64,000 nt of DNA from Flavobacterium sp. (lineage in GTDB: Bacteria; Bacteroidota; Bacteroidia; Flavobacteriales; Flavobacteriaceae). The position numbers and the translations under genes were made by a program. Of this stretch, positions 36,408 through 44,928 are shown piece by piece. Numbering within the stretch: position 1 is the first letter of the stretch; every line of letters begins with the position of its first letter. The notes beneath the pieces are model-generated. The model did no database searches. It was not told the DNA's origin and saw only the letters and a list, made by a program, of their open reading frames with translations. The stretch covers positions 922 through 64,921 of the forward strand of contig QQUG01000022.1 in the NCBI GenBank assembly GCA_008501705.1, read 5' to 3'.

Positions 36408-38303
36408 ATGAAAAAATTATTTACATTCCTTCTAATCATCGCGGTAAGCACAACAGTGACAACCGCTCAAAATAAAGACACTAAAAAGGCCGACCAGCTG
36501 TATGCGCGCTATCAGTACACCGATGCTGCTGCAGCCTATCAGAAATTACTTAAAAAAGGTAAAGGCAGCCGCTATGTGTTTCAGCAACTAGGTAATAGTT
36601 ACTACTTTATTAACGATACCAAAAAAGCCGAAACCTATTACAGACGAGTGGTTAAGGGCAGGAACCTTAATCCGGAGGTTGTCTACAATTATGCACAGTC
36701 TCTGAAAGCCAACGGGAAATTTTCTGAACACAACACCTGGATGCAAAAATACGCCGAATTAAAACCTAACGATTCGCGCGCCAGGGAGTTTATGAAAAAC
36801 CCTAATTACATCCCGTTGATCATGGACGAAGTTCAACGATGGGAGGCCAAAAATCTGGAAGAGATCAATTCCGAATACTCCGATTTTGGGTCGTTCGTTA
36901 TGGGAAAAGAATTCTATTTTGCCTCCAGCCGTAACACCAGTCGTAAAAAATACGGATGGAACGAAGAGCCATACCTGGATATATACAAGGCTCAGAACGT
37001 AGGGGGCACCATTAAAAATGCCACCTTGTTGGAAGCCGGTGATGTGAATACAAAATTTCACGAAGGTACCGTTGCCATTACTGCAGACGGCAAGCGTATG
37101 TACTTCGACAGGAACGATTACTACCAGGGCGATTACGATAAGAGTGAAGAAGGTGTTAACCACATCAATCTATACTACGCCGAATTGATCGACGGCCAGT
37201 GGAAAGGCGTACAGTCTGTGCCATGGAACAGCAACGAATATTCAGTACAGCATCCGGCACTTAGCCCCGACGGGAATACCCTGTATTTCGCAAGTGATAT
37301 GCCGGGCGGCCAGGGAATGAGTGATATTTACAAAGTTACCGTGAATAAGGATGGTACTTTTGGTACACCTGAAAACATGGGCAGCGTTGTAAACACCGAA
37401 GGTCGGGAAGGTTTTCCATTTGTAGACAGTAATGGTTCTCTTTATTTCTCCAGTGATGGTCACCTGGGTATTGGATTGCTGGATGTATTTATGGTTCCCA
37501 TTACCCGTAGCGGGAATATGGAAGTGGTGAATATGGGTAAAGGTGTAAATAGTTCCAGTGACGATTTTGCCTTTGTATTCGACCCGGTAACTATGACCGG
37601 TTATGTGTCTTCCAACAGAGAAGGCGGAAAAGGAGGAGACGATATCTATGCGGTTAAAGAGCTTGAGATCGCCTGTGAAGTAACTTACAACGTAACTGTA
37701 CTTAACGAATATACCGATGGTCCTATTTCGGGAGCACGTGTAGATATGTACGACGAATTTGAAAACAACCTGAGTTCGCGAACCACCGGAGAAAATGGCA
37801 CAACAAAATTCACCGCCGAATGTGATAAGGGACATGTATTACAAGGGATCATGAAGGATTTCGAGAGCAATGCTGTTGTTGTTGAAGCCGCCAATAATAC
37901 CGAAGTTGATGTGGTGATCAGGCTGCGTCCGATAGAAGAGATCATCGTAGATGACCGGGTGGTCCTTAACCCGATCTATTTCGACCTGGATAAATCCAAT
38001 ATCAAGCCACAGGCAGCATTCGAGCTGGATAAATTAGTGGCGATCATGATGAAATACCCGAGAATGGTGATCAAAGTTGAGAGTCATACCGATAACAGAG
38101 GTAACGACGAATACAATTTAGATCTAAGTGAGCGCAGAGCACAGTCTACAGTACAATATGTGATCTCTAAAGGTGTGGATGCCTCGAGGATCAGTGGTGA
38201 AGGAAAGGGTGAGAACGATCCAAAATTCGATTGTGGAAGTAATTGTACTAAAGAACAACATGATAAGAACAGACGATCTGAGTTTATCATAGTAGAACGC
38301 TAG
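36408..38303 (+). CDS. PorE-like protein: TPR + PD40/WD40 propeller + carboxypeptidase-regulatory-like + OmpA_C
   Basis: TPR-like N-terminus; PD40 motifs HPALSPDGNTLYFASDMPGG and LYFSSDGHLG; OmpA_C IYFDLDK...SHTD.RG..YNL.LSERRA...NRRSEF. Confidence 0.9.
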   Translation: MKKLFTFLLIIAVSTTVTTAQNKDTKKADQLYARYQYTDAAAAYQKLLKKGKGSRYVFQQLGNSYYFINDTKKAETYYRRVVKGRNLNPEVVYNYAQSLKANGKFSEHNTWMQKYAELKPNDSRAREFMKNPNYIPLIMDEVQRWEAKNLEEINSEYSDFGSFVMGKEFYFASSRNTSRKKYGWNEEPYLDIYKAQNVGGTIKNATLLEAGDVNTKFHEGTVAITADGKRMYFDRNDYYQGDYDKSEEGVNHINLYYAELIDGQWKGVQSVPWNSNEYSVQHPALSPDGNTLYFASDMPGGQGMSDIYKVTVNKDGTFGTPENMGSVVNTEGREGFPFVDSNGSLYFSSDGHLGIGLLDVFMVPITRSGNMEVVNMGKGVNSSSDDFAFVFDPVTMTGYVSSNREGGKGGDDIYAVKELEIACEVTYNVTVLNEYTDGPISGARVDMYDEFENNLSSRTTGENGTTKFTAECDKGHVLQGIMKDFESNAVVVEAANNTEVDVVIRLRPIEEIIVDDRVVLNPIYFDLDKSNIKPQAAFELDKLVAIMMKYPRMVIKVESHTDNRGNDEYNLDLSERRAQSTVQYVISKGVDASRISGEGKGENDPKFDCGSNCTKEQHDKNRRSEFIIVER

Positions 38304-38331
38304 TCGTTTTCAACTAACTAATATCATCCAT

Positions 38332-38362
38332 AAAAAACCCTTTCACAACGAAAGGGTTTTTT
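38332..38362. terminator. Bidirectional intrinsic terminator
   Basis: AAAAAACCCTTTC-acaac-GAAAGGGTTTTTT between convergent genes. Confidence 0.88.
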
Positions 38363-38369
38363 GTTTCAC

Positions 38370-38768
38370 TTATTTTTTGGGTTCAATGATCAGGAAGACA
38401 GCTGTACTATCCCCAATGTTCAATACCTCGTGCTCCTGTATCTGATGTTTCGAAAAACTATAGCCCGTAGGCACATCTACTTCCCTTGTTCCGGTGGTGT
38501 CTTTTATTCTGAAGGTACTTCCCTTTAGGGTATATCCAAAATGAGGTGCATGGTAATGTTTCTCGTGCCCAACTCCCGGCGGAAAGGTGCATTTTAAGAC
38601 CCGTAAACTACTATCGTCCCGGATCACTTCGCAAACCTTATTCCCCTCCCAGCCTGCTTGCAGGGGATCGGGTAGAGATGGCTTATTCTCACAGCCGCTA
38701 AGTCCTGCGAGGCAGATAACTGTAGCCAAACCCGAACAAAACTTTGTATGTAGTGCAGTAGATCTCAC
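38370..38768 (-). CDS. Cupin-domain protein, probably a lipoprotein (start uncertain; GTG 38768 proposed)
   Basis: Cupin motifs GHEKHYHAPHFGY and EHEVLNIG...FLIIE. The track start (38837) overlaps the upstream gene; GTG 38768 gives a hydrophobic signal ending LSG-C. Confidence 0.7.
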   Translation of the reverse strand: MRSTALHTKFCSGLATVICLAGLSGCENKPSLPDPLQAGWEGNKVCEVIRDDSSLRVLKCTFPPGVGHEKHYHAPHFGYTLKGSTFRIKDTTGTREVDVPTGYSFSKHQIQEHEVLNIGDSTAVFLIIEPKK

Positions 38769-38790
38769 TATACGAAAGTATACAATTAAA

Positions 38791-40215
38791 TCAATTTGAG
38801 CGTATCTCGATCTCGTCCAGTTCGTAGGTTCCATCAAAGTCGGGATCTCCGCTGCCTACATATTTCCAGGCGATATGGCCGGTCCCTTCGATGCAACTTA
38901 AGTCGACATTACCGGAAAATATCCAATCCCCGAAGAAATCGTCATCCTGTACGATCACAGCACTGGGTAAAAGGTTCCAGGTAGCATTAGTGACAGACGC
39001 GGGGTCACCGTCCCAGTCATGAGAAAAAAACAGTTCCAGAAGGCTCCCATCGGCAAAGCTGTTGGAAGTTTTAAAACTGAGCGTTTCTCCTTGCTGTTCA
39101 TTAAAATTTATTTCGGGAGTGATGAGCCAGCCAATATTCTCATCATCGCCACTCATATAAGTGCCCATTCGTGCCGATATCCCCAGTGAGGCATTGGATC
39201 CATCGTCGAAATAAGCTTCCCATATTTCGGAGCCGGCTTCAGCGTAATTGGTCCAGCCATTACCTTGAATTGGCTCACCCTCCATCTGAGATTCGAAGAA
39301 TTCGCCAAATAAAATCGTATTTCCAACAGTCCCCGCAATTCCGCAATCAACCTCCAGCGGATCACAGCGATCTATCCCATCCAGCTGTATTCCGTTGAGA
39401 TCATTTACCACCAAATTGAATTCATCTCCAAAAAAATTATAGGTAAATATTCCTGTAATTGTTCCTTTCCCGGCGGCCATCTGTACAGATCTGAAATCGG
39501 CAAAGGTAGAGGTACTGAACACCATACTCGCATTTTCAACACAACTCTCCAAAGTGCGTTCCCCGTCGAACATATCGGTGGGCTCACCGGCGTAGGTAAG
39601 CGGGTTGTCACCCAGTACTTCCATACGATTGAATTGAACATCGTTTAATTGAACATAGGTGTTTATTAAGTCCTCAGATAGTTCTAAAATTAGTACAGGA
39701 GCTGGCTGGATAGCAACCACAGTGGTATCCCTGGCAACATAGTCGAACATACGAGACTCGGATATTTGGCCAATTCGGTTACCATCCCTAATCCCCACCG
39801 TAAGTTGTCCGCTGTCCATACCAACGGTTAGGCCCATAAGTTTTACATACACTTTCCGCCCGAACTCGAAACGGGAAAATAAAGGGTTAGAATCGATCTT
39901 TATCTTTAATCCGGCCGAGGGTGTGTTAGGAACGTCCTGTACAAGGATCTCTTCGAAGAAATTTCCATGTTCGTCACTTGAGATCACATAGGCTGTTATA
40001 TAAATATCTTCTTCTATGGTTAACACATCATTGCCATTATTGGCCATTTCCTGGAGTAAGGCATCCTTTAATGCTTCTATACTGATCTCCATCCCCAAGA
40101 GCTCAATATTTACGAGCTCGATCTCAGGGACATTGAACTCATCATCCGTAACACAGGAAATAATACACACGCTTAGTAGTAATAAAGTGCTTGCTATCGC
40201 TGGGAGATTTTTCAT
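38791..40215 (-). CDS. DUF5689-domain lipoprotein with a C-terminal beta-sandwich (DUF5017/choice-of-anchor-J-like)
   Basis: Lipobox IIS-C then VTDDEF; AYVISSDEHGNF, AGLKIKID and GRKVYVKL.GL (DUF5689 OB-like); C-terminal WLITPEINF...LSFKT...YELDEIEI. Confidence 0.78.
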   Translation of the reverse strand: MKNLPAIASTLLLLSVCIISCVTDDEFNVPEIELVNIELLGMEISIEALKDALLQEMANNGNDVLTIEEDIYITAYVISSDEHGNFFEEILVQDVPNTPSAGLKIKIDSNPLFSRFEFGRKVYVKLMGLTVGMDSGQLTVGIRDGNRIGQISESRMFDYVARDTTVVAIQPAPVLILELSEDLINTYVQLNDVQFNRMEVLGDNPLTYAGEPTDMFDGERTLESCVENASMVFSTSTFADFRSVQMAAGKGTITGIFTYNFFGDEFNLVVNDLNGIQLDGIDRCDPLEVDCGIAGTVGNTILFGEFFESQMEGEPIQGNGWTNYAEAGSEIWEAYFDDGSNASLGISARMGTYMSGDDENIGWLITPEINFNEQQGETLSFKTSNSFADGSLLELFFSHDWDGDPASVTNATWNLLPSAVIVQDDDFFGDWIFSGNVDLSCIEGTGHIAWKYVGSGDPDFDGTYELDEIEIRSN

Positions 40216-40235
40216 AATTTCTGAAGTTAATACGA

Positions 40236-43046
40236 TTAGAATCTTAGATACAGGTTTACATAATAGGTGGTTCCATTTCCGAAGAAATATTTATTCCCAA
40301 ACAAGGGACCGTACTTCCTGTTTCTCTCTTCCAATTGTTGTTGGAAACTTACCCTTCGAGAATCTTCAAACCCGCCTGTTCTGTACCTGCTATTAAGTAC
40401 ATTGTTGATCGACGCAAAAAGCCCGAGATAATACCCGCCAACACGCCAGGACTTTCCTCCCACCACATTCACCAGAAAATAATCATCGAGTTCTTCCTGT
40501 TTGAGCAAAGCTCGCGCCGTGTTTATATCGTAGTTTGAATATGGAAGTCCGTCGGAGTCTGTGTAGAAATCCGGCGTGCGCCTTAGATAACTAATATCAA
40601 CATAGGTGTTCGAAAAATAATTGGTTGTAATTCCGGCCCACCAAAAATTGGGGTCGCGATATTCCACACCTACCTGGGCTGCTCTCTCCGGTCCCCCTGC
40701 CACATGATAATTCTCCAGGATCACGGTTCGTTTCCCTCCAACGATTTCAATATCGTTCCCTTCCACCACTCCGTCAAGCGGGTTGCTGTCGAAATCGTCT
40801 CCAGATAAGTAAAGTAAAGGATTTGAGTTATAAATATACTGCCCCACAGATGCAGCTGCTTTTAATTTGAAGGTTGGAAATATTTTTACTTCAGCACCTA
40901 TTTCCGTCCCTATATTTCTATTGCCGATCCCGGTAACGATCTCCTGAACAAATGCGTTATTATCTTCACTCCCCAACGCATTTTGTGTAAAGTAAAAACC
41001 AATTTCTGTACGATTAGAAAGTTCATTATAAAAAGCGGATGCCCTTGCTTTAACATTGGGAGTTCGGAACAGGTAGCTTGCATCCGCCATCCTTGTATTC
41101 TCTATCGCCAGGCCATCAACGATATCATTGTTCTGACGGGGGTTAACAAAACTATTTCGTAAGCTGGGTGGGTGGGCCAGCAGGGCTGCATTCAATTCGA
41201 AAAAGTGACGTCCATTGAATTTATAGAGCCCTCCTAATTTAGCATTAAAGCCAGTAAAATTGATCGACTCACTATCTCCCAGGGAACGGTTGGATTGAGC
41301 GAAATATCCATTCTGATAAAGACCAGTTCGCTGGTAATTTACCTGGGAAACTCCACCGGCAATATATAGATTCACTCTTGACAGGTTTATCCTGGTCTGA
41401 ATAAAGGCTCTTAGGCTAGAGGCTTGAATTACATAATTATATTTATACCGCTCTCCCTCGGTTACAACCCTATCGGGATTTTGAAGATTACTTTGAATAA
41501 AATTAGTATCCTCACCAAAATGATCGATATCCAAATATCCTTGTCCGCCAAGTAGATCAGTAACTTCGGCATAATTCTCACTTCTTAGCATTCGATAACT
41601 CAACCCTCCGTCCAGACGTATGTTTTCAGACAGGCTCCCGTTGTAAATACTGCTCATGGATAGTTGAGTATCCCTGACAACATCCTCCTGAATGATATAG
41701 GCCGAAAGTCCTGCTGTTGTTTTTGTATTTGCCTCATAAAGGGAATTCCAATCAAGCTGACCCTTATTGATAAACTCCTGTTCTGCTTCGTAAGCTAATT
41801 GAAAATCAAGAGGAGTAGGGTTTGGGTTCCGAAGAAAATAACTTGGTAATCGCTGGTAATAATTTGCCAATGGGTTTCGTCTTCCGCCATAGTCCAGGCG
41901 GCTGTTCCCTATCTTCCCGCTTTGATAAGCGATATTGTTATTGATCTTGTTCCCTTCGGAAATTTTCCAATAATGATTCAACATTAGTATGGGTTCTTCA
42001 ATATACCGGATTCTACTGCTTCGTATTTTTCCATCCTGAATTCCCCAATGCGGATTATATCTGTTCCCTTTTAGGCTTTCCACTTCTTCAGTAAGCGCAG
42101 TAGAGCGGCCTCTGCGCACAGGAGTATAGATACCAACCAGATTAAGACTGTGTGCATCGTTCAATGCACGCTCAACAGCTATAAAAACCGAATTAGCCTC
42201 GTATGGAGTACCTTCTACATACCCTCTTTCCCCATATCGCCTTGATATTAATACCGAATACGACCATTTACTTCTCGTATGTCCGCTACTGTATGAAACC
42301 ATGGCTCGGCCTTCATAGCTCCTGTTTGCAAGAGCGTAAGAGATACGTCCTCCGCGTTTGTACTGAGAAGGGCGCATAAGTATATGTGTTGTACCATTTG
42401 CGCCGCCAAAATCGTAATCGCCCGGGGTAGTACCCCTGTTGTACTCAATGTTCCTCTGAAGGTCATTTAACCCGCCCCAATTACTCCATAAGGGTCTGCC
42501 CGAAGCTAACTTGTTCATCACAATCCCATTGATGAGTAACTTACTATACGCATTATCAAGCCCTCTTGGTTTGAAAAAAGTAGCGCTGAAGTCATAAGCA
42601 ACTGCATTTAGAAAAACATCCCTGGAGGCTTGTAATAATCCCGAGATATTTTGCGAACTCTCTTCCTCATTATCCAATTCGTAATCGGTTAAACTGATGA
42701 TCCCGGTTTGTTGCTCGCTCAGAGACAGATCTGCTTCCAGCAAGACCGGGTTTAGATCCACGATCTTGCCCATTGTGATAGTTATCCTTAGTTTTTTGGT
42801 TAGATAGTCATCATGAGATAATTGAATAATTTGTTCTCCGATTGGCAAATCAATATCAGAGAATATAAAATAGCCCTCGTTATCGCTTTGTACTTGCTTT
42901 ATGTGGCCCATGATCTGTATTTGAACCGAAGGGATGGCTATACCGGAATATGTGTCCAGTATCCTGCCTTTTACGACAGTAGTTTGTGAATATACCAACA
43001 CGCTCATGAGCATGAAATATGTAGCTATCAATCCCGAACACCTCAT
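40236..43046 (-). CDS. TonB-dependent receptor with an N-terminal carboxypeptidase-regulatory-like domain (non-SusC type)
   Basis: Signal peptide; KGRILD N-terminal domain; plug FKPRGLD...LINGIVMN...WSNWGGLND; amphipathic barrel strands; terminal YYVNLYLRF. Confidence 0.88.
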   Translation of the reverse strand: MRCSGLIATYFMLMSVLVYSQTTVVKGRILDTYSGIAIPSVQIQIMGHIKQVQSDNEGYFIFSDIDLPIGEQIIQLSHDDYLTKKLRITITMGKIVDLNPVLLEADLSLSEQQTGIISLTDYELDNEEESSQNISGLLQASRDVFLNAVAYDFSATFFKPRGLDNAYSKLLINGIVMNKLASGRPLWSNWGGLNDLQRNIEYNRGTTPGDYDFGGANGTTHILMRPSQYKRGGRISYALANRSYEGRAMVSYSSGHTRSKWSYSVLISRRYGERGYVEGTPYEANSVFIAVERALNDAHSLNLVGIYTPVRRGRSTALTEEVESLKGNRYNPHWGIQDGKIRSSRIRYIEEPILMLNHYWKISEGNKINNNIAYQSGKIGNSRLDYGGRRNPLANYYQRLPSYFLRNPNPTPLDFQLAYEAEQEFINKGQLDWNSLYEANTKTTAGLSAYIIQEDVVRDTQLSMSSIYNGSLSENIRLDGGLSYRMLRSENYAEVTDLLGGQGYLDIDHFGEDTNFIQSNLQNPDRVVTEGERYKYNYVIQASSLRAFIQTRINLSRVNLYIAGGVSQVNYQRTGLYQNGYFAQSNRSLGDSESINFTGFNAKLGGLYKFNGRHFFELNAALLAHPPSLRNSFVNPRQNNDIVDGLAIENTRMADASYLFRTPNVKARASAFYNELSNRTEIGFYFTQNALGSEDNNAFVQEIVTGIGNRNIGTEIGAEVKIFPTFKLKAAASVGQYIYNSNPLLYLSGDDFDSNPLDGVVEGNDIEIVGGKRTVILENYHVAGGPERAAQVGVEYRDPNFWWAGITTNYFSNTYVDISYLRRTPDFYTDSDGLPYSNYDINTARALLKQEELDDYFLVNVVGGKSWRVGGYYLGLFASINNVLNSRYRTGGFEDSRRVSFQQQLEERNRKYGPLFGNKYFFGNGTTYYVNLYLRF

Positions 43047-43311
43047 GGAAGAAAATGGTTAGTACGTATATGTTCGAACATTTACCTGAACAGTCGTAAA
43101 AACGAAGTTCCATCCGAAAAAAGATACGTTGTGTGGGAAGTACTAGAGACTGCTAGATCGAATAAAAGTATAAAAACGCACTAAGGGGTTTCCCGCTTTA
43201 CTTAGATTTTTAAATACTTATAAGTCTGATTTCATGAAAAGCATGTGTTCCCGGAATTAGTTTGTCTACATTTAAGCACTCCCCGGTATGAACTCTAAAC
43301 CCACTAACGAA

Positions 43312-44385
43312 ATGAGAATCTCATACCTTTTTTTTCTGATACTATTTAACTGGCCTAACCTTATCTACCCACAGGAAAACAGATCATTTAAGATCCACAC
43401 CATAGCCTTTTACAATCTTGAGAATTTGTTCGATTTTGAAGATGATCCAATTACTTTCGACAACGACAGAACTCCGGAAGGTAAAGATCACTGGACAGAG
43501 GACATCTATTTAAAAAAGGTTTGGAACATGGCCACAGTGATTTCTGAAATTGGAAAAGAGATAACCGGGCAATCACCGTCCATTATAGGAGTTTGTGAGA
43601 TCGAAAACCGGCGTGTATTGGAAGATCTTCTCAATGCTGGCCCCCTGCGGGAAACAGATTACAGGCTGGTTCATTTCGATTCTCCAGATCGTCGCGGCAT
43701 AGACGTTGCCCTACTTTATAAGAAATCTGTCTTTGTTCCTTCTCACTACAAGGCCGTGGAGTTATTACTTTTTGACGACCATGACAGCACAAAAAGGATT
43801 TTTACACGGGATCAACTCATTGTAAGTGGATACCTGGAGGGGGAATTGATCCATATCATTGTTAACCACTGGCCTTCCCGCAGTGGTGGTGAAGCCAGAA
43901 GTCAGTCCAAGCGTATAAAGGCCGCCAGGCTCAATAAACAGTTAATAGATTCATTATGGAGCGTCGATCCGTATGCTAAGATCATCAATATGGGTGATTT
44001 TAATGATGACCCTGTAAATGCGAGCATAAAAAGAACCTTGAAGACCACGATGAAAAAAGACACTTCACAGCTTAAAAAAATGTACAACCCAATGGAGCCT
44101 ATGTATCGAAAAGGGTTGGGCACCTTAGCCTATGCAGACGGTTGGAATCTATTCGACCAGATCATGCTTTCTTCAGAATTACTTAAAAAAGACTACAGTA
44201 CTTATCGATTCTACACGGCAGGGATCTATAATTCGCGAAAACTAATTGCCCGTGAGGGTAGATATAAAGGATATCCCTTTCGCAGTTTTACAGCAAGTGG
44301 ATTCACCGGGGGATACAGCGATCATTTCCCGGTCTTTGTGTACCTGATCAAAGAAACTGAAGCCTCAGCTACCAATACAAATTAA
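43312..44385 (+). CDS. Secreted EEP-family nuclease/phosphoesterase
   Basis: ATG 43312 (or 43288) gives a hydrophobic signal RISYLFFLILF. Motifs AFYNLENLFD, GVCEIEN, DRRGIDVALLY, VNHWPSR, MGDFND, WNLFDQI and GYSDHFPV are intact. Confidence 0.88.
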   Translation: MRISYLFFLILFNWPNLIYPQENRSFKIHTIAFYNLENLFDFEDDPITFDNDRTPEGKDHWTEDIYLKKVWNMATVISEIGKEITGQSPSIIGVCEIENRRVLEDLLNAGPLRETDYRLVHFDSPDRRGIDVALLYKKSVFVPSHYKAVELLLFDDHDSTKRIFTRDQLIVSGYLEGELIHIIVNHWPSRSGGEARSQSKRIKAARLNKQLIDSLWSVDPYAKIINMGDFNDDPVNASIKRTLKTTMKKDTSQLKKMYNPMEPMYRKGLGTLAYADGWNLFDQIMLSSELLKKDYSTYRFYTAGIYNSRKLIAREGRYKGYPFRSFTASGFTGGYSDHFPVFVYLIKETEASATNTN

Positions 44386-44825
44386 CTAAACCACTGAGCC
44401 CACGGGATACGGCTTAGGGTAAAGATGAGAGCCAGCGTATAGAAAATGGTGAGGGCGCGAAACTTGGGTCCGGAAACCAATCGTTTTTTATGCTTAGAGT
44501 ATCCAACGGTCACCAGTACAACCACGATGATCATGATAAGTGGATGTTCTACCGCGTAGAGCCTGAACTCTCCGTTCTTCATCACTTCGCTCATACCTAC
44601 ATTGGAGATATTCTTGAGTCCCATAGGGGAAACTATATAGAGGATCAAACCTATTAGAAACTGAAAATGAGTGACAATAAGCGTGAAGAGGGCTATTCTG
44701 AAATCCCTGGGTTGGTATTCTTTTTTGCCAACCAGGCCGGCTAATGAGTTAATCGTAGCAATAAGAAGCATGAAAAGAACAAGATAGGCCCACCAGGAAT
44801 GAATAAACTGAACGGTTGTGTACAT
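44382..44825 (-). CDS. Conserved four-TM membrane protein with His residues (cytochrome-b-like, unproven)
   Basis: Four hydrophobic segments; HSWWAY, VTH.Q.LIG and VEHP motifs. Confidence 0.7.
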   Translation of the reverse strand: MYTTVQFIHSWWAYLVLFMLLIATINSLAGLVGKKEYQPRDFRIALFTLIVTHFQFLIGLILYIVSPMGLKNISNVGMSEVMKNGEFRLYAVEHPLIMIIVVVLVTVGYSKHKKRLVSGPKFRALTIFYTLALIFTLSRIPWAQWFS

Positions 44826-44849
44826 AGTTGGTTTTGTTTAGAAGTCTTT

Positions 44850-44857
44850 CAAAGGTA
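44850..44857 (-). promoter_or_regulatory. -7 element (TACCTTTG) for the membrane protein gene
   Basis: CAAAGGTA on the plus strand, 24 nt upstream of the start. Confidence 0.5.
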
Positions 44858-44873
44858 GCATATTTTGAATAAA

Positions 44874-44909
44874 AAAACCGCCTCTCCTTTAAGCCGGAGA
44901 GGCGGTTTT
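44874..44909 (-). terminator. Intrinsic terminator of the TonB receptor gene
   Basis: 14-bp stem AAAACCGCCTCTCC/GGAGAGGCGGTTTT with an A7 run giving a U-tract on the minus strand. Confidence 0.88.
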
Positions 44910-44928
44910 ACTTCAGAAGAAAAAATTC

